DNA from: Lingula anatina
Lineage: Eukaryota; Animalia; Brachiopoda
Length of the DNA: 64,000 nt
Reading direction: 5' to 3'
Assembly (NCBI GenBank): GCA_051362555.1
Contig: CM120640.1
Location: 68,054,788 to 68,118,787 of the forward strand
A program made the translations under genes and the position numbers. Positions 60,712-64,000 of the stretch are shown piece by piece (position 1 is the first letter of the stretch; every line of letters begins with the position of its first letter). A model generated the notes under the pieces. It was not told the DNA's origin and searched no databases. It saw only the letters and a list, made by a program, of their open reading frames with translations.

Positions 60712-63700
60712 TAAATCGTGCGCTCTACTAGGGCCACAAAGATAATTCTTTATTTGCAGGTATTTCTATGGCTATCCCATGGCCATGTTCATTTCTGTTC
60801 TGAGACCCTGTGCTGATATGTTACGCCTATGTACGGTTCAGGTCCTGTGGGGAGTTTAGCACAGAGAGTATGTACTTGGTGATATTTTCCTATGAGTATT
60901 ATACATTGGCTATACTAATGCTTTCAGAACTTAGTGTATTTTATAGGTGTTCACTGCTTTAATAATAATAATAATAGTATGTAAAAATATACCATAATCC
61001 AACACCGTGGATTATCCACTAATGAATCAATTTATTTTTTTTTCATTTTATGTTATAATGTTGTCAAAAGTATACATTAAACAAAGGTACATTTTGACTA
61101 ATCCCGTTGCAGTTTCAATCAAAAAAAGAAAGAAAATGATAACAGTGATAATAAATTCAATTTTGAAGAAATCTATAGAATCTTTATAAACCTTACAATT
61201 GGATATTTTTTTTTCTTAACTTTTAATATCATTACCTTTTAATCGAAAATAATCCCTTTAACTTTGTATTTCATTTGTACAATCTTCAGAACATATTTTT
61301 GATGGAATGTAGACTCTAAATACATATACATGTATTATTATTAGACGAAACGTCGGAACAAATACCATATAAAAGTAAGTGCGCAGTAATGTCTGTATGC
61401 AATTTAATTTTCTTTTCATTTTTAAGTTTGGAATCTCGATCATTAATCAATTATCATTATTTCCCAAAGATTTATTTTTCAATATTGCAGTAGCGTCAGA
61501 ATGGTGTCAGAGCTTGAACAATTACAAAAATTGCTATAAACATCTGTAGACGCAACCAAATTAGACGGATTTATGTGAAGCACAAATTGTGTTCCTCAGT
61601 TTGTTTTGTATCTTGGTTACTGCACTCAGGCCGGAAATATTGAATATTGCGTCCGTCATACTTGGCTGTGTGTTGGCGTTTCAATATACTACAACATCTA
61701 TGACGCATATGATATTTCTAATTTCAATGAAACCTAGATTGAGGACTCGGCATACACAATATGCAAACAAACAAACAAATAAGTGAGTAATGACTGTCCG
61801 TTTTAATGTAAAGGGCATTAAGAGAATTGCCAAATGAGCCGTTTTGTCAAGTCAGTCAAGCATTACATGTACGTATCTAATATCCATCTAATGGAACAAT
61901 AATTTCACTTGATTGTTTGTTTAGTGAAAGGATGTACCAGACATTCAATAACAATCCCATAAATAGCTTGCTAGGAGAACGTTTTGTTTAATTTTTTCGT
62001 ACAGTACAATATAATTCCCTTTATTACGTGTTACATATTTCTCTTGTCACATTATATTCTACTGCTTCAAATCTTACATGGTTCCATCGTAAACCATCGT
62101 CAAATTATTGCAATAAATATCACAAAAAGTGCTATTTCGTTAATGAAAGGTAAGTCTTTTGGTAATCCTTCTTATAACTCATTTGCCATAAATCTACCGA
62201 TCCAAGACCAAGTTATGGGTTTTGATAGAATAACAATGGAATAATTGCTCACTCTCACAATTTGCGTTCATTTTACGTTGTGAATCTATTTTTTGCTAAA
62301 AAGTAAACAATTCTTCTATCAAGTCTTGATATATTTTGTTAAAAGGGCTATCAGCTCACACATTTCAATTCAAAAAGGCACTTACCCGATATATATGTTA
62401 TCCAGGAAAGAAATTCAACAATACACGATACAAACATTATTATCGTCTTTGCCATTTTGTTGCTTGGAGAACCTCTGACCATTAACCGTCTTTGTCGGAA
62501 TACATAGCAATCCTATTCAGGGAGAATCTATTAAGATGGAACTGTTCCGTTAACGTACGTGAAGACAGACTATAGATCCAGTTGATGTCTCCAGCTCGCC
62601 ATGGTGATCACGAGTTAACACATATCACCAAGCACCTGCACAGTAATCCTCCAAGGACCTGACGCTTGATCCCAACTGAATCGATCTGACGGCAACTGAT
62701 GTCAGCTTCACCTCGGATATCTCAAAACAAGGGTGTCATTTGAAGGTGTGGTTTTCGGGAAAACAACTGAAATGTGTAATATCTATTTTAGTGATCGTAG
62801 CTTTTGTACTGGGAGCTTCGATGATAAATATAGGTGTAGTTCTTGGGAGATGCATGTTCTGACACGAATATCGATTGATTAAATAGCACGCCATCTCCGG
62901 TCTTTTATTTCAACTCTCGGGAGACATCAGTCAACTTGCGCTGAGGAAAATGGTGTTGAACATTTTACTAAACGCATACTAATTTTCTTAATGGTCTTTT
63001 TTTGATAGCGAGTGGCTTTGTGTTAATTTTAGATTTTATCAATCTTGGCACACAAAGTGATATTGATTGCTAAATTTATTTCATGTGGTTATTTTATAAG
63101 AAAAGAAAAAGAAACATAATTAATAACAACCTAAACACGGATTATTCTTGTAAAATATGCTGATTTGTCTGAAACACCTGAAAACATACAAATTCCCCTC
63201 CCCCCTTTTTTTTCTGAAAAATATGGGAATTGGTTGGAAAGATGATGATTTCTTATTGCAACTAGATTTAGGTGCATTGGTGAAATAACTTAACGCATTC
63301 TCTTCTGGCGAATAAAGTTGGTCTTTCTGCTACTAGCATTCGAGGAATGGATGGACAGGTCCATTACTTTCTGTCAAGGACACTTTTTTCACTCCCCGCA
63401 ATGATTCCAAAAATCAACCTATTGTTGAGCCACCACGCTGTGTTGACACTCTAGGCATCTTCCAACTGCTTGCAAAAACCACTTAATAAGGGACGTCGTT
63501 GTACACTAGGGAAAACCTGAAATACGGAAGCTGGCTCTTTGATTTCTATAACTCTCCGGACGCTGCTAAAGTGGAATCAATAGCGCTTTCAGCTTCAGCG
63601 CTGGTCGACCCATCGAGACAGCGTCAGCTCCTGGGTTGTTGAAATAGATTAGGTTTTCATTGTGCTATTATCATTTTCAATCTCAGGCTTAATAAAATAT

Positions 63701-64000
63701 GCGGCATGTAAGGACTGTCAAAATGCATGTTTAATGTAGAAAGAATAAAATACGATTTGGCAGCTGATATTAAAAAGATTGAATTGCGTAAAAGCTGGCG
63801 CACAGATTCTGTTCCCAAGATAAGTAATTGTTCTTTTAATACGAAGTGCCTACAGAGATTTACGGCCTTGGATTATCTTTGTTTGTCAAGAATAATCAAT
63901 CGGTAAAAAAGTAACATGAAGTTCTAATCTGTTGTGCATAACTAATGTGAGCCTTGGTAACGGCACACAAAATAAACAGTAGGCAAATATCAGCATTCCA

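Overview
AT-rich, intron-rich genomic DNA from an invertebrate animal (species not determinable from the sequence). Most of the supplied ORF track is spurious, so I reconstructed the genes by hand through GT/GC-AG splice junctions. From left to right: the first coding exon of a Pro/Lys/Ala-rich protein (-); RPA2 (+); a MARCH-type RING-CH membrane E3 ligase (-); a BTB-C2H2 zinc-finger gene (+); RAD23 (-); TRMT13 (+, with one GC-AG intron); an SLC25 mitochondrial carrier (-); an unusual CARD + TRAF-zinc-finger + coiled-coil + RHIM-like + MATH gene (+); and a Shisa-like six-cysteine single-pass membrane protein (-). The first eight genes form four head-to-head pairs. Non-autonomous DNA transposons are abundant. 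They include a 3.3-kb composite Helentron-associated element (HINE/DINE-1-like) carrying a nested IS3EU-like MITE and a 146-bp satellite, a 935-bp foldback with 427-bp arms, and several small MITEs. The best candidate for an undescribed system is the RING-less CARD-TRAF adaptor at 47587-52366. Its RHIM-like amyloid motif forms only across an exon junction, and its promoter carries kB sites. No database searches were run; all family assignments come from motif recognition.
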